The translations under genes and the position numbers were made by a program. DNA of 64,000 nucleotides from Octopus sinensis (Eukaryota), in the NCBI RefSeq assembly GCF_006345805.1, contig NC_042997.1, positions 139,934,001 to 139,998,000 on the forward strand, written 5' to 3'. Shown in pieces: positions 44,468-55,978 of this stretch (positions are counted from its first letter, which is position 1; every line of letters starts with the position of its first letter). The notes below the pieces were generated by a model, which did not search any database, had not been told where the DNA came from, and was given only the letters and a program-made list of their open reading frames with translations.

Positions 44468-46510
44468 CCCTTTCGTTACTATATTTCTGACCAAAATACA
44501 CCCCTTATGTGTTTCAATTAATTTCTAACGTAATCATAAATTTAGTCTGGTTTCATTAAACAACTATAACTTTTTTATTTATCAATATATTAACATGAAT
44601 TTTGGAAGATAATTTAATGAAATGTTCTCAACCAATTCTATACTATAATTTTTGTCACAAAGTGACTCTAATTGCAGGTAGATACAGGTAAATTCAACAA
44701 TATATAAAATTATTAAAATTTTGTTCAAACATCGCTATATACAACAAAATTTTACGATAGAATTTGTTATTCTGGGTAACTTTCTGATACCCATAATAAT
44801 ATTTATGGCAAAATAAGCCTTAATTTCATTTAAGGTTGTGGGAAATAACAAACTATCCTTTCTTTCGCTTTGTTTACGTTTAGCATAACGGTTCGTTTCC
44901 GCCGTAATGATTTCAAATAGGCTCATTCGAAAAAGTAAAAAGAAATAGTCTAAGGCTTTACTCTTCTGGGAAAGTCTGTGGCTTGGTCCAGTTTCTTCAG
45001 AAAAATCACCGAAAGAAACAGTTTTTAAATTTTCACTCCATTCAGGTGCCAATTCATTTTCTTTATCGCTGTCGGAGCTCTCGGATTCACTGTTTTCACT
45101 TTCGGAAAATGAAACATCAGATTCATTATCAAATACCACATGCTTTTTTTTTTCAGTCATAGAGTTAGATTTATGAAGGTCTTCAGTAGAAAATCCGGAT
45201 CTTTTCATTTTGAAGGCCAGATTTTCCTAGTTAACTAAAAAATTTGAAACTTCATATACTGGTAGAATGTGTCAAAAGAAAACATTATTGTAAACAAAAT
45301 TGAAAATAAAATTGTAATTCGTAACTTAAACGTAGTTTAATTTTAAGAATTTTAACCAATGAAATCGCAGCATTCGAGCTCAAATTATTTACCTCTTCTT
45401 CTGTCTTCTACATGTGCTAGAAATAACAGCTATATCTCTTAAATCGATTAATTTCGTCGCCCAATAAAAATATTAACAATATTTTTTGAAAATTTTCTTT
45501 ATTATTTTTTACCGAAAAGGCTTCTCCCATGGTTTTGAAGGGCCAGAAACAACAAAAACAAAACAATAATATGCCCTAAATCGGTCTCGAGTTTGCGCGT
45601 GGAGTGTGAGTAGTATTGTAAAAATTTGCGAAATATTTGACCCCCCCCTTCTGGTTTATTTACCTTTTGTGCAAATTTGTTGCGGCAAAACACGAACGTG
45701 TATTTTTGCTTGTGTGCGTATATGTATATGTCCGTTTGTATGTGTGTGTACGCTTATATATTAATTACTATGTGTGTGTGTGTGTGTGTGTATGTCCGTT
45801 TGTATGTGTGTGTAAGCTTATATATTAATTACTATGTGTGTGTGTGTGTGTGTGTATATGTCCGTTTGTATGTGTGTGTACGCTTATATATTAATTACTA
45901 TGTGCTTGTGCAAATGTGTGTGTGTGTGTCCGTGTGGTGCGTCTGCTATATTTCTTTATCAATATCGATAACGCAGCAATGCTGGGATTTCATTGGTTAA
46001 AATTCGAAGATGTTGGGATTTCATTGGTAAAAATTCGTAAAAATTAAACTACGTTTAAGTTACGAATAACAATTTTGTTTTCAATTTTGTTTACAATAAT
46101 GTTTTCTTTTGACACATTCTACCAGTATACGAAGTTTCAAATTTTTCAGTTAACTAGGAAAATCTGGCCTTCAAAATGAAAAGATCCGAAAATCCTTCGA
46201 GTTCTGACTCGCTGCTTGATATAATGAAATTCGTATCCATTTTTTGTCAGAATTACAAATTTTGAAAACACAATAGGAACAAATTTTGGAAAAAAAATCT
46301 CCCATAATTCACGGAATTAAAATTACACTTCGATTTTTGTACAAAACTGTAGTTGAACTGTTTACGAAGTATAATACGTGTTTTCACGAATGTACTAAAG
46401 AGATTTACTCTGATATTCTCATTTAAATATGAATAGGTAAATTCGGGCGGTTTGGGGCGGCTTGGTCACATTAACAAAAATTTTTTTCGGGCGGTTTGGT
46501 AACGAAAGGG
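44468..46510 (-). mobile_element. Internally deleted piggyBac transposon (2043 bp including a nested MITE)
   Basis: TTAA TSDs at 44464-67 and 46511-14; 12-bp TIR ccctttcgttac. Transposase N-terminus: acidic tract then YFFLLF...EIITAETNRYA...TTLNEIKAYFAINIIMGIRKLP. Confidence 0.92.
45197..46187. mobile_element. 991-bp MITE with ~180-bp TIRs and 8-bp TSD (Merlin- or MULE-like)
   Basis: TIR ggatcttttcattttgaaggcc... at both ends; TSD gaaaatcc at 45189-96 and 46188-95. TIR is homologous to the end of the 28717 MITE. Three ~60-bp tandem units at about 45720-45903. Confidence 0.9.
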
Positions 46511-46514
46511 TTAA

Positions 46515-47270
46515 ACGGTCTTTGCAAATGTGTTGGAATGAGAAGTGAGTTGTGTTTTGGCGCCTTTTTTACTAATAACAAACACACATGTGTTTGTATG
46601 TAGTTGTTTGAAACGTTTGTGTTTGTCACTGTCATATATGTATGTGTATGCGTGTGTGTGAGGAATGACACACACACACTCACGCACGCACACATGTACA
46701 TCAATGCTTTCGGAGTGAAATGTTAAAATATTGAGTTTTCTCGAATTTTGTCTTAATTGGGGGTAAAATTGAAAGAAATTTTGTATGGCATGACCCAATG
46801 GAAGTACTTTGAAAAATCATGGGTAAACTCTAATTGAAGAAATTGTGTGAGGAGTAAATCGTTATGTATTTATTTGCTTCTGTTTGCTGTGTTTTTTTTT
46901 TTTAGTAGTGGTTTAAGGTACACTTCTCTCGTTTTATCGAAATAGTTTCACTTTAATCGTTGCAAACTTGCAAAGAGAAAGTCGTAGAAATTAGAGTGAT
47001 AGCGTGAGTGAATCAGATCGCTCCCTTTTTGTGTGTGTGTGTGTGTGCTATAGCCCACACTAAGAAAAGCACTTGACTCACACACCACAATGTGAGTTTT
47101 CTCTAAATTTTGCTTAATTGGGGTTGAAATTTTAAAAACTGGACCTGGCACGACCCGATGCATTCTACTCTTAAACATGCTAGGTAAATTGTAATTGAAG
47201 AAATCCTATATTGTAGATTTCTATAAGAGACAAAGGGAGGCAGATAAAATCTGCCTTTTATAATAAGAGA
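46515..47270 (-). mobile_element. 5' arm of a sister Helitron, cut by the piggyBac at a TTAA
   Basis: A|TCtcttattataaaaggcag at 47270; reverse complement of 47278-47826 over ~550 bp. Confidence 0.85.
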
Positions 47271-47277
47271 TTTTGTA

Positions 47278-50200
47278 TCTTATAAAAGGCAGATTTTATC
47301 TGCTTCCCTTTGTCTCTTATAGAAATCTACAATATAGGATTTCTTCAATTACAATTTACCTAGCATTTTTAAGAGTAGAATGCATCGGGTCGTGCCAGGT
47401 CCAGTTTTTAAAATTTCAACCCCAATTAAGCAAAATTTAGAGAAAACTCACATTGTGGTGTGTTAGTCAAGTGCTTTTCTTAGTGTGGGCTATAGCACAC
47501 GCACACACACAAAAAGGGAGCGATCTGATTCACTCACGCTATCACTCTAATTTCTACGACTTTCTCTTTGCAAGTTTGCAACGATTAAAGTGAAACTACG
47601 ATCTGATTCACTCATGCTATCACTCTAATTTCTCCTCCTTAAAAAAACACAGCAAACAGAAACAAATAAATACATAACGATTTACTCCTCACACAATTTC
47701 TTCAATTAGAGTTTACCTGTGATTTTTCAAAGTACTTCCATTCGCTCATGCCATACAAAATTTCTTTCAATTTCACCCCCAATTAAGACAAAATTCGAGA
47801 AAACTCAATATTTTAACATTTCACTCCCACTTCCTCTTTACACACATAGACACACTAATATATACAACAGTGTCAATTGTTGACAGACATTGTAAGCTAA
47901 CGTGTGTGTGTGTGTGTCTGTGTGTGTGTGTGCTGTGTGTGCGTGTGTGTCTGTGTGTCTGTGTGTGACAGGTGTGAGCCATTCAGACTGGTCATCCATT
48001 TTGGCGAGAAGATCCCTTATCGTCTTTTATGCTACACCACTGGTTTTCAGTTCAAGAAGGACTATTCATTATAATACATCAGTTCCACACATTTACCCTG
48101 GATTCCATTTCGGACAACTGCACAAACATTTGCCATTTCACACAAGTATGTAAACAAACTCCTTTCTTAAAAATTTCAATTCATTTTCAATTTACGTTTC
48201 TATACACTTTACGCAAATATTTGATTAAACAACTAAAACACTTCGCATTTCGAACATGTACGTAAACTACTTCCTTTCTTGCAAATCTAACTTTCTTTTC
48301 TGGCTTTTAACTCAAATTTCTATACATTTTACACACTCTGTCGCTATACTTGCATAAAAATTTTCTTTCAGCTGCTAATATTTATTTCTTTTCCTTCCAC
48401 GCTTTACATTTTTCCACATTTCATTCACATTACAATTTCTATCTTTAAGTAACTTTCACCCTTTCTTTTTCACATAAAATGCCACCGAAAAAGAGAAGTC
48501 GCCTCGGCCGCCATACTGCAGCAGCAGCGACGAAAAAGGCGAAGCGCAGCGCCATAAACGCTTCTGCTGTTGCTGCACAAAGGGCTTCAGAGGACCCACA
48601 ACAAAGGGCCACTCGACTGGCTACAAACGCTGCGGTTGCTTCATACGATGCTGCTTCCACGGCTTCAGACGGTCCGGAAACAAGGTCGAAGCGCAGCGTC
48701 ATAAAGGCTTCTGCTGTTGCTGCACAAAGGGCTTCAGAGGACCCACAACAAAGGGCCACTCGACTGGCTACAAACGCTGCGGCTACTGCTGCTTCAACAT
48801 TTTCGACACATTCCCACGACTCAGACGTTCTACATTCCAGCGGAAGTCGACGCCGCGGTCTGACGAGTCCAAACAGACCTTACTGGCATCTACATGCTTT
48901 CAAGTATGAGCCCAACTTCAATTACTCGATGCACACTGACATAAATATTGGGGAAATGTTCTTCAATTGCCAATTCTGCAATGCTAAAAAGTGGGCTGGG
49001 GAACCACCTGCGATGTGCTGCTTAAACGGTAAGGTCAGCTTGCCCCCTCTTCGGGAGCTGCCAGACCCTTTGAAGGAATTACTTACTGGTTCCACCTCAA
49101 GGTCATCAAAATTCCTTCAACTCATCAGGAAATACAATTGTGCATTTCAAATGACTTCTTTCGGGGCTAACGTTGTCAGAGAAACTGGTTGGATGCCTAC
49201 TTTCAAGGTCCAGGGCCAGGTGTACCACCTTATTGGGTCACTCCAGCCACGACAAAATTGCAAACCTTCGTTCCTTCAAATTTATTTTATTACAAATTAC
49301 AATAGGCAACTTGATTTGCGTTTCGACGTAATTCCACAACCTGCAAACACTAAAGCTGACAATTTCAACAGGGATGTGCTGCTCACTCTGCAAAACATGC
49401 TTCATGACCACAACAGCTATATTCGCAGTTTTAAATACGCCTTGGAAACAGCCCCTTCACCAACATTCACCATTGTCATCGATGCTGACAAAAGGCCTTC
49501 TGGGGAGCACGCACGGCGATATAACGCTCCTTTGTGCAATGAAGTGGCCATAGTTCTCCATGGTGAACAGCACAAGCAGCGGGACATAGTTCTTCAAAGC
49601 CGCGACAGTGGTCTTCAGCGTATTAATGAGACGCATCGGTCATATGACGCCCTGCAGTATCCCCTTCTTTTTCCGTATGGAGAAGACGGGTACCATTTCC
49701 GCATTCCTCACCACAAACCAAACGAGCCCTCGGCCGCGACATCTAAAACTGTTTCATGTATGGCTTTTTACTCATACCGCTTCATGACAAGGCATAATAA
49801 TTTCAACCCCCTGCACAGATCACGGGAACTGTTTCACCAGTTTGCAGTTGACATGGCTGCAAAGATGGAGTCCGAGAGACTGGGCTTCATCAAATTGAAT
49901 CAGAAGCAGCTGCGCTCAGACTCCTACATCCATTTGCGTGATGGCATCAGGAATGACACTGACGCCCGCAATATCGGCAAAATGTGCATTCTCTCCTCAA
50001 CCTATACAGGGGGCCCACGGTACATGCACGAGCGAACACAAGACGCTATGACTTACGTTCGGCATTATGGGCGACCTGACTTATTCATTACCTTTACATG
50101 TAACCCAAAGTGGGTTGAGGTAACGCGAGAACTGCTCCCAGGGCAGCAGTACTGTCATCGCCATGATATTATTGCAAGGGTTTTCAGGCAGAAACTGGCT

Positions 50201-53200
50201 AAGCTCATTCTTTTAATAAAAAAAGGCCAGGTTTTTGGGCCTGTTAACTGCCACAGGTATACTGTTGAGTGGCAGAAAAGAGGGTTGCCACACGCGCACA
50301 TTTTGCTTTGGTTGGTAAACAAAATAGACCCAACAGTTCTTGATGATCTCATTGCAGCAGAAATTCCAGACCCAACTGTTGACCGGCAGCTGTACGACAT
50401 TGTGAAGGCACACATGGTACACGGTCCGTGCGGTCCTGGTTTTCAAAAGTTCTCCTCATGTCACAAAGACCACGTGTGCACTAAACGGTACCCAAAGAGG
50501 CTCGTGGACGAGACCCAGACCGGCCGCGACGAATACCCACTGTACAGAAGAAGGCACCCTGACAATGGTGGATTCACTATAACGTTACAGGGTCATCAAG
50601 TGGATAATAGGTGGGTAGTGCCGTACTGTCCATTTCTGATGAAAACTTTTAACGCTCACATAAATGTGGAGTTCTGTCATTCAGTCAAGTCTATAAAGTA
50701 TATATGTAAATATGTTAACAAGGGTTCTGACGCTGCCATGTTTGGCCTTCAAAAGGACAATAGCATGGACGAGGTGTCACAGTACATGGCAGGTCGGTAC
50801 ATAAGCAGTGTACATAAGCTTTTTGGCGGATATTCGGGTTTCCACTTCACCAAAGGCACCCCGCCATCATACAACAAGCGGTTCATTTGGAAAATGGCCA
50901 ACGAACTTACTTTACTGAACAGACTGCAGCTGTTTTGGCGGCAAATCCAAAACAAACAACTTTGACCGGTTTCTTTAGGCTTTGCCAACTTGACACATTT
51001 GCTAAAACACTTTTATACCCTCAGGTCTCGTCCTACTACGTGTGGTCAAACAACAATTGGGTGCGTAGGAAGTCGGGTCAGGATGTTGAAGGACGTCCTG
51101 GTGTCAAGTTTAACAGTTGTCTAGGAAGAGTCTACACTGTACCTCCAAACCAACATGACTGTTTTCACCTGCGCCTTCTCCTCCATGAGGTTTTAGGCCC
51201 ACAAAGTTTTCAAGACATCAGAACTGTTGATGGTGTATTATGTGATACTTTCCGTGAAGCCTGTTTTCGGCGTCGACTTTTGGAGGATGATTCACAATGG
51301 GGCGCCACTATGGCAGAAGGTCTTTCATTCAAATCTCCTAAAAAAATCAGATCGCTTTTCGCTATTCTATTACTATGGTGTGACTTGGCTAATCCCGCCT
51401 CTTTATGGCTTACCTACAAAGATGATATGTCTGAAGATTTCCTGCGTCACGCTCAATCGCTACATCCATCAATGGAGGTCGGGTACACTGACCTCATTTA
51501 CAACAGGGCGCTGCTTGAAATCGAAGATACTGTACTCGATATGGGTGGTAGTGCCTTGCCGGTCTATGGCCTACCTTCAACAAACCGGGAAGGCACAAAC
51601 ACTCTGTCTTCACATTTGCTGCGTGAGACATGTTTTAATGTTGACGAGCTTGCCGAGTACATAGCCGACAATGAGCCAAAGCTCATTCCAGAACAGAAGT
51701 TCGCTTACAACTCCGTTGTTAATTCAGTCCGGGCCAAAGCTGGGGACATTTTTTTCCTGGACGCTCCTGAGGGCACTGCGAAAACTTTTGTCAACAAATT
51801 AATATTGGCTGAGATTAGGCGAACACAAGGCATTGCCCTAGCTGTGGCATCATCTGGAATTGCGGCTACTTTGTTGCCAGGTGGCAGGACAGCTCACTCT
51901 ACTTTCAAACTCCCACTTGACTTAGCGAAGACTGAGACACCAACTTGCAACATCAGTAACAGCTCCGATCAGGCAGAAGTCTTCAGACGATGCAAGCTTA
52001 TCGTTTGGGATGAATGCACAATGGCCCACAGAGGTGCTCTTGAGGCACTAGATAGATCTCTCAGAGACATCAAACACTCTTCAGCTCCCATGGGAGGCAT
52101 AACACTTCTTCTTTCAGGGGACTTCCGACAAACACTTCCCGTTATTCCCAAAGGGACTAGAGCTGATGCTGTAAGTGCGTGTCTTAAGTCATCCACATTG
52201 TGGCCACTGGTGAAGACTCTCAAACTTCACACCAATATGCGTGCTCATATGCGACGTGATATCACATCAGCAGCATTTTCTCACACCCTCCTTGCACTTG
52301 GCGAAGGCAAAATACCAGGGGATGAAAATGGTAATATTGCCATCAATTCCATTTGTACCATTGTTAACACGCCTTCTGATCTCAGAGATGCAGTCTTCCC
52401 AGATCTACAAGCTAATTATCAGAATATGGATTGGATTGGCCAAAGGGCTATTCTGGCCCCGAGGAATAAAACTGTTCACCATATTAATGATGAAATGCTA
52501 AAACTCATTCCTGGGGATGTCTATGTATATAAGTCTATTGATACAACTCCTGACCCAGACGACGTCATCAATTATCCAATAGAGGTACTCAATTCCTTTG
52601 AGCCCCCCGGACTACCACCACACATTCTCAAACTTAAAGTTGGTGCCCCTATAATGCTCATTAGAAATTTGGTTCCCCCAAAACAATGTAATGGCACACG
52701 TTTGATCGTTAAGTCCTTATCTCCCAATCTGATTGAGGCCACCATTATCACAGGGTGCGGTCGAGGCAACGTTGTGCTCATACCTAGGATGCATCTTTTC
52801 CCATCAGGAGCAGACCTACCTTTCATATTTCGGAGGTCCCAGTTCCCAGTAAGGCCATGTTTCGCAATGTCAATTAACAAAGCGCAGGGTCAAACACTGT
52901 CTGTGACAGGAATACATTTGGGAGAGCCATGTTTCTCTCATGGTCAGCTTTATGTTGGCTGCTCGCGTGTCGGCAGCAACAGTGATGCTTTCGCATTCCT
53001 TCCACAATGAAAAACAAAAAACATTGTGTACAAGGAGGTTCTATAGGATTACTACGTTTCATCATTTTCAAACACGTTAGTATTTCACTTACATACAACT
53101 CTCTTTTATGATGGCATTTACATTTCTAGGCGTTTCATAACATTAATTCACACTTAACCAACACCTGTCCTTCGCTCAACTCTATTTCTATCCATTCATC

Positions 53201-53886
53201 ATCAAACCACCAGCCTCATCTTCTATATCCAACGTACATGACACATCTACCCCCTACATCTACACTCTCATTGTTAAAGTTTACATGAGCGACAACACGA
53301 TCGCAACATACACTTTCGAAACTAATCAACAGATCATTTTATACACAACAAATTTAATCAAAACGCCCATCAATGAAAACATCTCCACCACTGTATTGTG
53401 ATTCACCTAATCAGCACCACTACAGTCTTGCCGGTCTGACATATGGTGAGTAGATGCTATTGTTCTATATTTTATAAATTACACATATTTACTTACCCAT
53501 GCTTCATTCCTCTCTTGCCTACATATGAAATCCACTCTCTTTTAACACAGCATCAAGTTTTGTAACAGCACATCCGCTGCCGTTCGTGCAAAACGAAGAG
53601 ATCCTATTCACCTGCGAACATTTTACATCGCCTTCCACGACTATCGAATTCTTACAATTATGATAACAATAACATGGCTCTTTTCAAGGCAACCTCACAT
53701 TCAATTCTTACACCATTCTACGAGGGGGTAGGAACACCTTTACACGGCTTTCTATACACTTACAAATACATTCATTCGCCGTGAACTTATATCAATATTT
53801 GCCTGAATAATCATCATAATTCAGGGCAATCATTAACATTACTTTCAAGCAATTCAGCCCCGAGCAACGCCGGGCAATTCTGCTAG
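47278..53886 (+). mobile_element. Autonomous-type Helitron (6609 bp), inactivated
   Basis: A|TC at 47277/47278, 3' hairpin cccg-agcaacgc-cggg (53859-74), CTAG at 53883-86 followed by T; RepHel inside. Confidence 0.95.
48479..53046 (+). pseudogene. Helitron RepHel (HUH Rep and PIF1-like SF1B helicase)
   Basis: CQFC...CCLNG; GRPDLFITFTCNPKW; VEWQKRGLPHAHILLW (HUH); KYICKYVNKG (Y2); IVWDECTM, SGDFRQTLPV, FAMSINKAQGQT, HGQLYVGCSRV. Frameshift at ~50810, altered P-loop APEGTAKT, premature TGA at 53008; native TAG at 53044-46. Confidence 0.96.
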
Positions 53887-53894
53887 TATATATA

Positions 53895-54210
53895 TATAAA
53901 GCTTACTTGGAAGAAGAAGAAAACGACGCGTACGTTCAATCATATAATAACAATTTAATAAATAAAACATATGCATACATACATACATATATGTACATAC
54001 CTACATCTATATGTATATATACATGCATACATGAGTACAGGACACCACAAATAAACGTAGAACACAACGAGAAACGAAAACATAAAACCAAACAAGGAAA
54101 CAGACTTTTTTTAACAATGAAAAAACAGAGTACACGACAAACAACACAAGGAACATTCCCCTTCTTCAGCTGCCACTGTTTCGACTCAATGCGTGTTTCA
54201 AAAGTAGAAT
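53895..54210 (-). mobile_element. Probable Penelope-like repeat fragment
   Basis: cagctgaagaaggggaatgttccttgtg...gtcctgtactc with (TATG)n; family recalled, not verified. Confidence 0.4.
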
Positions 54211-54337
54211 ATTTTAATTAATTGTATCGTATTTTTTAAACAAGAATATATTTGTTAAAATATTTCGTATTTTACAAGATTTTTTACGTATATTTATTAA
54301 TTTATCTAATTAATTATTTTATTATTGTTGTTATCTT

Positions 54338-54441
54338 TAACCTGAAGAGTGGCTATGTTTATATTGAAGTGATTTTACTACTACTACTATTATTTTTACT
54401 ATTATCATTTCTTAAATATAGCCACGAAACATGTGTTGTTA
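54338..54441 (+). ncRNA. Minimal type I hammerhead ribozyme (Penelope-like LTR type)
   Basis: Stem I taac/gtta; core CTGAAGA at 54342-48; stem II gtggctatgttta/taaatatagccac with G10.1-C11.1; GAAA at 54426-29; palindromic stem III ACATGT; GUU triplet at 54435-37. Confidence 0.75.
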
Positions 54442-54717
54442 TTCTACTAAATATATGTTTTATTTATTATTTTGCACATTACTTAATTCAACGTTATATG
54501 TTTTATCTTATATTTAATCTTTCTATAATATGTAATTTTCTAGATGGTATAATTTAATTTTTCATTATTGATTTGATAAAAGGTGTTTTTTTTTCTAATT
54601 TATATACATATATTATATTTTGTGAAATTTGATTTAGTATTTCTAAGCTGAATTTTTCCCTGTAAGTTTGGAATAATATTCCTTCATATTATTATTATCA
54701 TCATCATATATATATGT

Positions 54718-55229
54718 ATATAGTGGTTGTATACTGTCAACTCAACGTGACAGTCCCGTAAGGGAATTACACCACCGCCATTTAGCCCTAGGAAACATCG
54801 ACGTTTCCTGTTGGCTTTGACACATTTTCTGTGTCCTTATATTTGCAAAGGGGAGGTAATCACCCCTGCCAGCTGGGACTAGCACCTGAAGACATGTTTC
54901 TGAGTGTATTGCTCGTCATCAGTCCAGGGTAGCAAGTCTCGCTAGCTGAGATGGCTGCAGCCTCTCTGCAAATATATCCTATTTTCAGTAAAATTTATTT
55001 ACTGATCACCAAAATTAGAAATATTGAATTTCTAAATGTCTCAGAGAGACATGAGCGGTGGTGGAGCGATATAGTGGTTGTATACAGGAAACGATGTTTC
55101 CTAGGGCTAAATGGCGGAGGTGTAATTCCCTTACGGGACTGTCACGTTGAGTTGACAGTATACAACCACTATATCGCTCCACCACTGCTCATGTCTCTCT
55201 GAGAGATTTAGAAATTCAATATTTCTAAT
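54718..55229. mobile_element. Foldback MITE-like element with overlapping inverted repeats
   Basis: 55014-55085 is inverted at 55158-55229, and 54718-54810 is inverted at 55084-55175. Confidence 0.8.
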
Positions 55230-55400
55230 ATATATATATATAAATAATTTAAGAATGTTTCAGTTGCAAAGCTGTGGTCATGTTGGAGCACCACCATTAT
55301 TTGGAACCTCCTCTTATATATGGCATTTGGGTAATGAGGGAATTTGATGCTGCTTACCTTATCTGTGTTTCTTGCCATTAGGTAGACTTGTCTGATATTG

Positions 55401-55406
<6 letters not shown>

Positions 55407-55487
<81 letters not shown>

Positions 55488-55505
55488 AAGAAAGAAGAGA
55501 GAGAT
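55407..55505. repeat. (TA)n(GA)n compound microsatellite
   Basis: Directly visible. Confidence 0.9.
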
Positions 55506-55802
55506 ACCAACTAGAAAAACAATGATTATAGATATTGGAGAATTCCAGATGTGTAATTAGTGCTTGAGTGTAGAATACTTTAGAGTAGATGAGCCACTGA
55601 TCACAAAATCTAAGACTGGATCATCAAATGTAGAATTGGCTCACAGGGCTACACAAACAATGATGCTTTCTCTATGGATAACATGTGGAGGCATCATATC
55701 TGACATTTAGGGAAGAGTTACAACTTATTGTTAATGGAAGTAGATAAATGAAATCAATAATAAATCTCTGAACGAGATGTAAACAGTAACTGCACGACAA
55801 TG

Positions 55803-55978
55803 TAAAGTATACTAGCCATCTCAATATGACTAACCACTAAGGGTGGGTGTTACTGTAGCTTGTAGCCCCAGATCATCGTCTCCAGCTGGCTTTAGGAGAC
55901 GATGATCACCTGGAGCTACAAGCTACAGTAATACCCACCATTAGTGGTTAGCCATATTGAGATGGCTAGTATACTTTA
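55803..55978. mobile_element. 176-bp foldback palindrome (MITE-like)
   Basis: taaagtatactagccatctcaatatg...gatcatcgtctcc / ggagacgatgatc...catattgagatggctagtatacttta with an 11-nt loop. Confidence 0.85.

Noticed and set aside
45677-46000. Cys/Val/Tyr-rich ORFs (also 47902-48153, 55208-55510, 60106-60294)
   Set aside because: Translation products of (TG)n and (TA)n microsatellites.
53008-53046. Programmed readthrough or selenocysteine at the RepHel TGA
   Set aside because: The position corresponds to Gly (GGA to TGA; the 14.2-kb relic has PKG here) and the copy has other inactivating lesions.
53920-54175. Second hammerhead on the minus strand (CTGAAGA at about 54162-68; gaacgtacgcgtc at about 53923-36)
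   Set aside because: No GAAA follows the stem after the core, and the distal motif lacks one A and a matching stem II. At most a decayed remnant.
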